A stretch of DNA of 43,278 nucleotides from Candidatus Limnocylindrales bacterium (GTDB taxonomy: Bacteria > Chloroflexota > Limnocylindria > Limnocylindrales > CSP1-4): assembly GCA_035688935.1 (NCBI GenBank), contig DASSMI010000035.1, positions 1 through 43,278 of the forward strand, given 5' to 3'. The position numbers and the translations under genes are program-made. Positions 34,555-41,509 of this stretch are shown one piece after another; within the stretch, counting starts at the first letter, position 1, and the number at the start of each line of letters is the position of its first letter. Below the pieces are notes generated by a model. That model saw nothing but the letters and a program-made list of their open reading frames with translations. It was not told where the DNA came from and made no database searches.

Positions 34555-35826
34555 GTGAAGGTCGTCACGGCCGCGGAAGCGGTCGCCGGCATCGGGTCCG
34601 GCCAGCGTGTGTACCTGCAATGTGCCGCCGCGACGCCCGAGGTGCTCCTCGATGCGCTGGTCGCGCGGGCGCCCGAGCTCCGGGACGTGGAGGTGGTCCA
34701 TCTCCACATCGAGGGTCCCGGTCCGCACCTCGCACCGGAGATGGCGGGCCACTTCCGGCATCGCGCGCTGTTCATCGGTCCGAACGCGCGCCAGGCCGTC
34801 AACGAGGGTCGCGCCGACTTCGTGCCCATCTTCCTGTCCGACGTGCCGCGGCTGTTCGACTCGGGCGCCCTGCCGCTGGATGCGGTCTTCGTGAACGTGA
34901 CGCCGCCCGACGAGCATGGCTTCTGCTCGCTCGGGACGTCGGTCGAGGCGATGCACGCGGCGATCCGGTCGGCGCGAACCGTGATCGCCCAGCTGAACCG
35001 GGCGATGCCGCGGACGCTCGGTGACAGCTTCATCCACGTCTCCCAGATCGATCTCGGCGTCGAGGTCGACCAGCCGCCGTACGAGCACGAGATCGGACCG
35101 ATCGGACCCGTGGAGCGCCGGATCGGCGAGCATGTGGCCGCGCTCGTCCCCGACGGGGCGACGATCCAGCTCGGGATCGGCGGGATCCCGGCGGCCACCG
35201 CGCTGTTCCTCCGTGACAAGCGTGATCTCGGCATCCATACCGAGATGTTCACGGACAGCGTCGTCGACCTCGTGGAGGCGGGCGCCGTCACCGGCGCCCG
35301 GAAGGATCGCAACCGCGGCAAGATCGTCACCGCGTTCGTCCTCGGCAGCCGCCGCCTCTACCGCTTCATCCACGACAACCCGATGATCGAGATGCGGCCG
35401 GTCGACTTCACGAACGACACCCACGTGATCCGGTCCTTCTCGAGGATGCGGGCGATCAACTCGGCGATCGAGGTCGACCTGACCGGCCAGGTGGTGGCCG
35501 ACTCGATCGGTCATCGGATGTACAGCGGCGTGGGCGGCCAGATGGACTTCGTCCGTGGTGCCGCGCTCGCCGAGGACGGCCGGGCGATCATCGCCCTCCC
35601 CAGCACGGCAGGCGACGGCGGGATCAGCCGGATCGTGCCCGCGCTCCGTGAGGGCGCCGGCGTGGTCACGACCCGCGCGCACGTGCGCACGGTGGTCACC
35701 GAATGGGGCGTCGCGGAGCTCTTCGGACGGAGCCTCCGCGAACGGGCGAAGGCCCTGATCGCGATCGCCCATCCCGACCATCGCGACGCGCTCCTCGCCG
35801 CGGCCCGCAGCCTCCACGAGATCTAG
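34555..35826 (+). CDS. Acetyl-CoA hydrolase/transferase family enzyme (4-hydroxybutyrate / succinate:acetate CoA-transferase-like)
   Basis: 423-aa ORF with a GTG start. Motifs are AAEAVAGIGSGQRVYLQCAAATPEVLLDAL, FIGPNARQAVNEGRADFVPIFLSDVP, GIGGIPAA, EMFTD and SGVGGQMDFVRGA. Confidence 0.9.
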   Translation: MKVVTAAEAVAGIGSGQRVYLQCAAATPEVLLDALVARAPELRDVEVVHLHIEGPGPHLAPEMAGHFRHRALFIGPNARQAVNEGRADFVPIFLSDVPRLFDSGALPLDAVFVNVTPPDEHGFCSLGTSVEAMHAAIRSARTVIAQLNRAMPRTLGDSFIHVSQIDLGVEVDQPPYEHEIGPIGPVERRIGEHVAALVPDGATIQLGIGGIPAATALFLRDKRDLGIHTEMFTDSVVDLVEAGAVTGARKDRNRGKIVTAFVLGSRRLYRFIHDNPMIEMRPVDFTNDTHVIRSFSRMRAINSAIEVDLTGQVVADSIGHRMYSGVGGQMDFVRGAALAEDGRAIIALPSTAGDGGISRIVPALREGAGVVTTRAHVRTVVTEWGVAELFGRSLRERAKALIAIAHPDHRDALLAAARSLHEI

Positions 35827-35946
35827 GCCCGACGGTCGAATCCCGGACGGTCACGGGCCGTTCGTCATCCCCCTTCCTGCCGGACGGGTCTGGGTCCGTC
35901 GGAGGCCGGGTGGTGTGATGGGCGTGTCACCGAACGGAGGTGCCTG

Positions 35947-36111
35947 TTGCTGACCCGTCGCGGCGTCCGCGGGACGCCGGGGATCCCGGTCGTGTTCGCG
36001 ATCGGGCTCGCGATCGCCGCCGCGGCCGTCGCATGGGGCCGGCCCACGTTCGCCGCCTGGCGTCGCCTCCGGCCGCGCACGGTCGACCTCCGCCGGCCGA
36101 TCCACAGATGA
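35947..36111 (+). CDS. Possible 54-aa single-TM protein upstream of the CBS-BON gene
   Basis: Below the ORF-track size cutoff. TTG 35947 is preceded by GGAGG with a 6-nt spacer. It translates to LTRRGVRGTPGIPVVFAIGLAIAAAAVAWGRPTFAAWRRLRPRTVDLRRPIHR with high GC3. The stop lies 9 nt before the next ATG. Unverified. Confidence 0.3.
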   Translation: MLTRRGVRGTPGIPVVFAIGLAIAAAAVAWGRPTFAAWRRLRPRTVDLRRPIHR

Positions 36112-36120
36112 GGTGATCCG

Positions 36121-36828
36121 ATGCTCACGATCCGTGACGTGATGACCGAATCGGTCATCACCGTCGAACCGGCGACGCCGCTGAAGGACGTCGCCCAGCT
36201 CCTCGTCGACCGGAGGATCAGCGGGCTCCCGGTCGTGGATGCCGAGGGCTCGGTCCTCGGCATCGTCTCCGAGGCCGACCTCCTGCTCAAGGAGCAGGGT
36301 GCCGAGTCGGTCGGGCGGCGGCGCTTCGCCTGGCTGCTCGGCGACGACGCGGCCACTCGCTCGCGGCGCGCGAAGCTGGCCGCGACGACGGCCGGCGCGG
36401 CGATGACCGCTCCGGCCGTCACCGTCAGCCCCGCCACCGCGCTGGCGGCTGCCGCGGAGCTGATGACGACGTACGGCGTCAATCGCCTGCCGGTCGTCGA
36501 GGACGGCCGACTCGTGGGCATCGTCACGCGCGCAGACCTCGTCCGTGCGTTCGTGCGGTCCGACGAGGAGCTCACCGCCACGATCCGCGACGAGATCCTG
36601 CGGCGGGTCCTGTGGCTCGATCCGGCCGCCTTCCGCATCGACGTGCACGACGGCGTCGTGACGATCCGCGGACACGCCGAGCGCCGCTCCACATCGCTCG
36701 CGGTGGAGGCGGCCATCGCGATGGTCCCCGGCGTGGTCGGCGTGGACGCCGAGATCCCGTACTCACTCGACGATCGGACCCTCGAGCCCGCCTCCCTCGA
36801 CCCGGTGTTCCCGTTCGGACCGCGCTGA
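36121..36828 (+). CDS. CBS-pair + BON domain protein
   Basis: 235-aa ORF with two CBS motifs (IRDVMTESVITVEP...GLPVVDAEGSVLGIVSEADLL and AGAAMTAPAVTVSP...RLPVVEDGRLVGIVTRADLV). A BON-like segment follows: RIDVHDGVVTIRGHAERRSTSLAVEAAIAMVPGVVGVDAEI. Confidence 0.88.
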   Translation: MLTIRDVMTESVITVEPATPLKDVAQLLVDRRISGLPVVDAEGSVLGIVSEADLLLKEQGAESVGRRRFAWLLGDDAATRSRRAKLAATTAGAAMTAPAVTVSPATALAAAAELMTTYGVNRLPVVEDGRLVGIVTRADLVRAFVRSDEELTATIRDEILRRVLWLDPAAFRIDVHDGVVTIRGHAERRSTSLAVEAAIAMVPGVVGVDAEIPYSLDDRTLEPASLDPVFPFGPR

Positions 36829-36856
36829 CGGCCCGCGTCCCGCAAAGGAGATCCAG

Positions 36857-37273
36857 ATGACCAAGCCAGCGATCGCCAGGCTCTTCTTCGGCAGCCTGGT
36901 CGCGATCATCGCCGGCGTCCTCGTCCTCTGCCTCGCCGCGGTCTGGGCCTTCGGGTCCGGCCTGGTCGAGCTGGACGGCTCCGGCGTCCGCCTGCACGGG
37001 GAGGGTCTCGTCGGAGATCCGGCCGTGCTCGTCCTCGCCCTCGTGGTCGGGGCCGTCGCCATGCTCGGCGGCGCGATCGGCCAGTTCGTCGCATGGATCG
37101 GGGCGCTGGTCAACACGTCCCACCTCGACGACAAGATGTGGTTCGTCCTGCTCCTCGTCCTCGGCCTCCTCAGCTTCGGCTTCGTGGCCATGCTCGTGTA
37201 CGTCCTGGCCGGGCCTGACGGGCTCGAGGTCGAGCGACGACGCATCGCCGGCCCCGTGGGCGGGGCGGCCTAG
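36857..37273 (+). CDS. Hypothetical integral membrane protein (3-4 TM)
   Basis: 138-aa ORF with AAAGGAG upstream of the ATG. The helices are hydrophobic (LFFGSLVAIIAGVLVLCLAAVWAF, VLVLALVVGAVAMLGGAIGQFVAWIGAL, WFVLLLVLGLLSFGFVAMLVYVLA). Confidence 0.6.
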   Translation: MTKPAIARLFFGSLVAIIAGVLVLCLAAVWAFGSGLVELDGSGVRLHGEGLVGDPAVLVLALVVGAVAMLGGAIGQFVAWIGALVNTSHLDDKMWFVLLLVLGLLSFGFVAMLVYVLAGPDGLEVERRRIAGPVGGAA

Positions 37274-37281
37274 GGGCCGGT

Positions 37282-38298
37282 GTGGGAGTCGCGGGCGGCG
37301 GCCGGCGGACGCGGCGACGAGCGACGATCTCGTGGCTCGTCGCGCTCGCCGTTGCCGGCTGCACGTTCGCGACCCCACCCAGCCCGGCCCCCGCCGACGG
37401 CGCGGCGTCGTCCGTGCCGTCGGCCTCCGCGTCGGTGACGGCGCGGCCGTCCGCCTCGCCCGACGCCAGCGGCGCGAGCGCCTCCCCGAGCGCGACCGCC
37501 GTCGTCCCGACGCCCGGCCCCACGATCGTCCCCACGCCGACGCCGACGCCGAGGCCCACTCCGCGGCCGACACCCCGACCGACTCCAGCGCCCACGCCGC
37601 GACCGACGCCGAGACCCACCCCGAGACCCACCCCGAGACCCACCCCGACGCCCCCGCCGGCGAGCGTCCTGGTCCGCCACGGCTCTCGTTCCGGGAACGA
37701 CATCGCCCTGACCTTCGACATGGGCGGCCGCGTCGGTGACGCTCTCGCGATCGTCGACTGGCTCGTCGCCCACGACGTCCATGCCTCGATCTTCATGACG
37801 GGGGCGATGGCGGACAACCCGAACACCGATGCGGGCCGCAGGGTGCTCGCGATCGTCGACGCGCACCCGGGGCTCCTGACGCTGGGCAACCATTCGTACA
37901 CGCATCGCGACTTCCGGACGCTGACCGCGGCCCAGATCCGTGACGAGCTCCGGAGCACGGAGACGGCGCTCGCTGCCCGATGCGACCAGGATCCGCGCCC
38001 GTTCTTCCGGCCGCCGAGCGGCGGGTACGACGATCGCGTGCTTGCGGCGGTGGGTGCGGCCGGCTACCGGTTCACCATCACCTGGGACGTCGACACGATC
38101 GACTGGCGCCCGGTGAACAACGATCCACCCGGCCCCACGGCGGACGACATCGTCGCCAAGGTGCTGGCGAACGCGCGGGGCGGCTCGATCGTCCTCATGC
38201 ATCTCGGCGGGTACCACACGTTCGAGGCGCTGCCGCGGGTCGTCGAGGGCCTCCGCGACCGTGGCTTCGACCTCGTCAGCCTGGACGAACTGCTGTGA
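37282..38298 (+). CDS. Polysaccharide deacetylase (CE4/NodB) lipoprotein with long Pro/Thr linker
   Basis: 338-aa ORF with lipobox LAVAGC. The NodB motifs are IALTFDMGG (variant of TFDDG), LGNHSYTHRDF, FFRPPSGGY and IVLMH. Confidence 0.88.
   Translation: MGVAGGGRRTRRRATISWLVALAVAGCTFATPPSPAPADGAASSVPSASASVTARPSASPDASGASASPSATAVVPTPGPTIVPTPTPTPRPTPRPTPRPTPAPTPRPTPRPTPRPTPRPTPTPPPASVLVRHGSRSGNDIALTFDMGGRVGDALAIVDWLVAHDVHASIFMTGAMADNPNTDAGRRVLAIVDAHPGLLTLGNHSYTHRDFRTLTAAQIRDELRSTETALAARCDQDPRPFFRPPSGGYDDRVLAAVGAAGYRFTITWDVDTIDWRPVNNDPPGPTADDIVAKVLANARGGSIVLMHLGGYHTFEALPRVVEGLRDRGFDLVSLDELL
37531..37659 (+). repeat. Coding Pro/Thr/Arg repeat (PTPR)n, including 3 exact 12-nt units ccgagacccacc at 37609-37644
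   Basis: Encodes PTPTPTPRPTPRPTPRPTPAPTPRPTPRPTPRPTPRPTPTPPP (residues 84-126 of the deacetylase). Confidence 0.9.
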
Positions 38299-38426
38299 CC
38301 GGGCCCTGGCCCGCCGGCCATCTCGTCGCCCACGAGATCGTCCGGTGTGGCGTCCTGATCGGCCTGGCCGTTGCCGTCGTCCTGCTCGCGCTCCCGATCT
38401 GCCTGGAACTCGCCGCGGGAACGTGA
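38295..38426 (+). CDS. Possible 43-aa single-TM peptide translationally coupled to the deacetylase gene
   Basis: GTG 38295 overlaps the deacetylase stop (GTGA). It translates to TGPWPAGHLVAHEIVRCGVLIGLAVAVVLLALPICLELAAGT with high GC3. Unverified. Confidence 0.25.
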   Translation: MTGPWPAGHLVAHEIVRCGVLIGLAVAVVLLALPICLELAAGT

Positions 38427-38575
38427 CCTCGGTCATCGCGCATCGGGCGCTCCGGCACTCATCCGGACGTGCGCATGGATCGATGCTCGGGGCATGGACC
38501 AGACCGTCCCGCGAGGACGCGTCTGAGTGGGGAGGACAGGCCATGACGGATTCGTCGATCGCCACGCGCCGACGA

Positions 38576-38650
38576 TGGCTGGCGAGGAAGGATTCGAACC
38601 TTCGATCTCCTGATCCAGAGTCAGGCGCCTTACCGCTTGGCCACTCGCCA
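38576..38650 (-). tRNA. tRNA-Gln (anticodon CTG), CCA encoded
   Basis: The minus strand reads TGGCGAG TG GCCA AGCGGTA AGGC G CCTGA CTCTGGA TCAGG AGATC GAAGG TTCGAAT CCTTC CTCGCCA G CCA. It has a full cloverleaf, U1-A72, G73, T33 and anticodon CTG. Confidence 0.93.
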
Positions 38651-38665
38651 GTGGTCGAAGCCCCC

Positions 38666-39145
38666 GTGCGGGCTCGACCCTCCGAGTCTAGCGCCGGCCG
38701 GCCGTCCACCCCGCGGATCCCGGCGTCGCACCGCGACCTCGTCGAGTGCCCGCCGGTCGCCGCACTGACGACCATCGGCGCCGATGGCTACCCGCAGACG
38801 TCGGTCGTGTGGTGCGACGCGGAAGACGACATCGTGCGGATCAACACGATGCGCGGGTTCGCGAAGGAGCGGAACCTCCGGCGAGATCCACGGGTGACGC
38901 TCCTCTGCTACGACCCGCGGCGGCCGCTCCGCTCGCTCGAGATCCGGGGCACGGTGGTCGAGATGACGGAGCGCGCAGCCGGGGCGCACCTCGACGCGCT
39001 CGCCTCGAAGTATGCCGGCCGCCCGATCCGCTACTTCGGCGACTGCATCCCCGCCCGCTTCGCCGAGACCGAGACGCCGATCCTCTGCCGGATCCGGCCC
39101 GACCGTGTCGTGGTCCTCGATGCCGAGCGGGGTACGGCGCGATGA
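38666..39145 (+). CDS. PPOX-class (pyridoxamine 5'-phosphate oxidase fold) probable F420-dependent enzyme, copy 1
   Basis: 159 aa from GTG 38666 (GTG 38651 is an alternative): ...IPASHRDLVECPPVAALTTIGADGYPQTSVVWCDAEDDIVRINTMRGFAKERNLRRDPRVTLL...LEIRGTVVEMTE. The track ORF's upstream part is antisense to the tRNA and was rejected. Confidence 0.8.
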   Translation: MRARPSESSAGRPSTPRIPASHRDLVECPPVAALTTIGADGYPQTSVVWCDAEDDIVRINTMRGFAKERNLRRDPRVTLLCYDPRRPLRSLEIRGTVVEMTERAAGAHLDALASKYAGRPIRYFGDCIPARFAETETPILCRIRPDRVVVLDAERGTAR

Positions 39146-39588
39146 GCACCGTCGCTGCGCCGACGACCACGCCGGCCATCCCCGACTCGCACCGCGACCT
39201 CCTCACGCGACCGGTCTGCGGGGTCCTCACGACGATGGGCCCCGACGGCGTGCCGCAATCGAGCCTCGTCTGGGTCGATCTCGACGGTGACTGCCCGCTC
39301 GTGAACACGACGCTCGAGCGGCAGAAGGGCCGCAACCTCCTGCGGAATGCCAAGGTGAGCCTGCTCGTCGTCGATCCCGAGAACACCGCGCGGTATCTCC
39401 AGGTCCGCGGCGACGCCGAGCTCGTGACGCGAGGGGCCGAGGCGCACGTCGATCGGCTCACCCGCCGGTACACCGCTCACTCCCGCTTCTACGGTCACGT
39501 CCACCCCATCGAGCAACGGGCCCGTGAGACCCGGGTGATCGTCCGGATCCAGCCGCGGCGGGTGACGCTCGACGCCATCCACGCCTGA
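39142..39588 (+). CDS. PPOX-class probable F420-dependent enzyme, copy 2 (paralogue of the preceding gene)
   Basis: 148 aa from ATG 39142, which overlaps the preceding stop (ATGA): MSTVAAPTTTPAIPDSHRDLLTRPVCGVLTTMGPDGVPQSSLVWVDLDGDCPLVNTTLERQKGRNLLRNAKVSLLVVDPENTARYLQVRGDAEL. Confidence 0.85.
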   Translation: MSTVAAPTTTPAIPDSHRDLLTRPVCGVLTTMGPDGVPQSSLVWVDLDGDCPLVNTTLERQKGRNLLRNAKVSLLVVDPENTARYLQVRGDAELVTRGAEAHVDRLTRRYTAHSRFYGHVHPIEQRARETRVIVRIQPRRVTLDAIHA

Positions 39589-39614
39589 CCGCGCGACCGG
39601 GCGGCGCCCCAGGG

Positions 39615-39643
39615 TTGGTCGACGGGAGCGCGGGCGGTAGAAT
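39615..39643 (+). promoter_or_regulatory. Sigma-70-type promoter candidate for tRNA-Gln/glnS
   Basis: TTGGTC (39615-39620), a 17-nt spacer, then TAGAAT (39638-39643). The mature tRNA 5' end lies 13 nt downstream of the -10 hexamer. Confidence 0.55.
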
Positions 39644-39655
39644 GCGCGCGGCCGC

Positions 39656-39730
39656 TGGCGCGTGGCTCAACGGTAGAGCACCTGACTCTGGATCAGGGGG
39701 TTCCAGGTTCGAATCCTGGCGCGCCAGCCA
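39656..39730 (+). tRNA. tRNA-Gln (anticodon CTG), CCA encoded, second and divergent copy
   Basis: TGGCGCG TG GCTC AACGGTA GAGC A CCTGA CTCTGGA TCAGG GGGTT CCAGG TTCGAAT CCTGG CGCGCCA G CCA. It has a full cloverleaf, U1-A72 and G73. It ends 27 nt before the glnS ATG. Confidence 0.93.
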
Positions 39731-39757
39731 ACTCCCCTCGAGTGTGGTGCGCCCCCG

Positions 39758-41449
39758 ATGCCCGATCCCACCTTCCCCGCCGGCGCCGAGCCCGAGCGTC
39801 GCGACTTCCTCCGCGAGATCGTCGCGGCGGACCTCGCCGCGGGCCGGGTCGCCGCCCCGGTCACCCGCTTCCCGCCCGAGCCGAACGGCTACCTCCACAT
39901 CGGCCACGCGAAGTCGATCTGCCTGAACTTCGGGATCGCGGCGGAGTTCGGCGGGCACTGCAACCTCCGGTTCGACGACACGAACCCGGAGAAGGAGGAA
40001 CAGGAGTACCTCGAGGCGATCGAGGCCGACGTGCGCTGGCTCGGCTTCGACTGGGGCGACAACCTCTTCCATGCCTCGGACTACTTCGAGCAGCTCTACG
40101 ACTGGGCGCTCGTCCTGATCGACCGCGGTCTCGCGTTCGTCGACGACCAGTCGGCGGACGAGATCCGCGAGACGCGCGGCACGCTGACCGCGCCCGGCAC
40201 GAACTCGCCGTGGCGCGGCCGCTCGGTCGCGGAGAACCGCGACCTGTTCGAGCGGATGCGGGCGGGCGAGTTCCCGAACGGCGCCCGGGTCCTCCGGGCG
40301 AAGATCGACATGAGCTCGCCGAACCCGAACCTGCGCGACCCCGTCCTGTACCGGATCGTCCACGCGCGCCATCCGCGGACCGGCGACGACTGGTGCATCT
40401 ACCCGACCTACGACTTCGCCCACGGCCAGTCCGATGCGATCGAGGGCGTCACGCATTCGCTGTGCACGCTCGAATTCGACGTCCATCGCCCGCTCTACGA
40501 CTGGCTGATCGAGCACCTGCCGGTGCCGCACGTGCCGCACCAGTACGAGTTCGCCCGACTGAACCTCACCCACACGGTGCTGTCGAAGCGGGTCCTGAAG
40601 CGGCTCGTCGACGAAGGCCATGTCCGTGGCTGGGACGATCCGCGGATGCCCACGATCAGCGGCCTGCGCCGGCGCGGCGTGCCGGCCGAGGGCATCCGCG
40701 ACTTCGCGGCGATGATCGGCGTCGCCCGGACCGACTCGACGATCGAGATCGGCCAGTTCGAGTACGCCGTCCGGGCCGTCCTGAACCGCATCGCCCAGCG
40801 GCGGTTCGGCGTCCTCGACCCGCTCCGCGTCGTCATCACGAACTGGCCGATCGACGCGATCGAGCAGATGGACGTCGTGAACAACCCCGAGGACCCGACG
40901 GCCGGGACCCGCGCGGTCGCCTTCGGGCGCGAGCTCTTCATCGAGCGTGACGACTTCGCCGAGGACCCGCCGCCGAAGTTCTTCCGGCTCGCGCCCGGCC
41001 GCGAGGTCCGCCTGCGGAACGCGTATTTCGTGACGTGCGAGGAGGTCGTCAAGGACGGCGCCGGCCGGATCGTGGAGCTGCGCTGCACCTACGACCCGGC
41101 CACCCGGGGCGGTGATGCGCCCGATGGCCGCCGGCCCAAGGCGACGCTCCACTGGGTATCGGCCGCGGATGCCGTCCCCGCCGAGGTCCGTCTGTACGAC
41201 CACCTCTTCAGCCGACCGGACCCTGGCGCGGACGGCGACCTCTTCGCCGACCTGAACCCGGCGTCGGAGAGGATCGTCCGGGGCGCGATGCTCGAGCCGT
41301 CGCTCGCCGGCGCCCAACCCGGCGAGACCGTCCAGTTCGAACGACTCGGCTACTTCACGCCGGATCCGGACTCGCGGCCGGACGCGCTCGTCTTCAATCG
41401 GACGTTGACGCTCAAGGATACGTGGGCGAAGGTCCAGGGACGAAGCTGA
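39758..41449 (+). CDS. glnS: Glutaminyl-tRNA synthetase
   Basis: 563-aa ORF. Motifs are [17 protein letters not shown] (HIGH), [41 protein letters not shown] and LTHTVLSKR (the KMSKS-equivalent of GlnRS). A C-terminal beta-barrel anticodon-binding region follows. Confidence 0.95.
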   Translation: MPDPTFPAGAEPERRDFLREIVAADLAAGRVAAPVTRFPPEPNGYLHIGHAKSICLNFGIAAEFGGHCNLRFDDTNPEKEEQEYLEAIEADVRWLGFDWGDNLFHASDYFEQLYDWALVLIDRGLAFVDDQSADEIRETRGTLTAPGTNSPWRGRSVAENRDLFERMRAGEFPNGARVLRAKIDMSSPNPNLRDPVLYRIVHARHPRTGDDWCIYPTYDFAHGQSDAIEGVTHSLCTLEFDVHRPLYDWLIEHLPVPHVPHQYEFARLNLTHTVLSKRVLKRLVDEGHVRGWDDPRMPTISGLRRRGVPAEGIRDFAAMIGVARTDSTIEIGQFEYAVRAVLNRIAQRRFGVLDPLRVVITNWPIDAIEQMDVVNNPEDPTAGTRAVAFGRELFIERDDFAEDPPPKFFRLAPGREVRLRNAYFVTCEEVVKDGAGRIVELRCTYDPATRGGDAPDGRRPKATLHWVSAADAVPAEVRLYDHLFSRPDPGADGDLFADLNPASERIVRGAMLEPSLAGAQPGETVQFERLGYFTPDPDSRPDALVFNRTLTLKDTWAKVQGRS

Positions 41450-41509
41450 TTCCCAACTGAGACACGAGAGCGGTCGTCGCCGCGCCTGGGTCTGTTACCC
41501 TCCGCCGTC

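Noticed and set aside
30840-35817. Minus-strand ORFs 30840..33800 (986 aa), 33894..35330 and 34399..35817.
   Set aside because: They are antisense to the PFOR C-part, flavodoxin-like, GNAT and CoA-transferase genes. Composition is low complexity and no domains are present.
38543-38665. N-terminal extension of PPOX copy 1 from ATG 38543, which has a good GGAGG SD 7 nt upstream and is in frame with the PPOX ORF.
   Set aside because: The extension (…[25 protein letters not shown]…) is the familiar spurious translation of the antisense strand of a tRNA gene (38576-38650). The same artefact (…[23 protein letters not shown]…) appears in shadow ORF 39458..41317 over the second tRNA. The paralogue alignment needs only the part from about 38666.
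38576-39730. tRNA-flanked segment (two PPOX genes between inverted tRNA-Gln genes) as an integrated mobile element or genomic island.
   Set aside because: There is no integrase, excisionase or transposase. There are no direct repeats of a tRNA 3' end. The tRNAs are inverted and only about 80% identical. The GC content of the PPOX genes looks like the surroundings.
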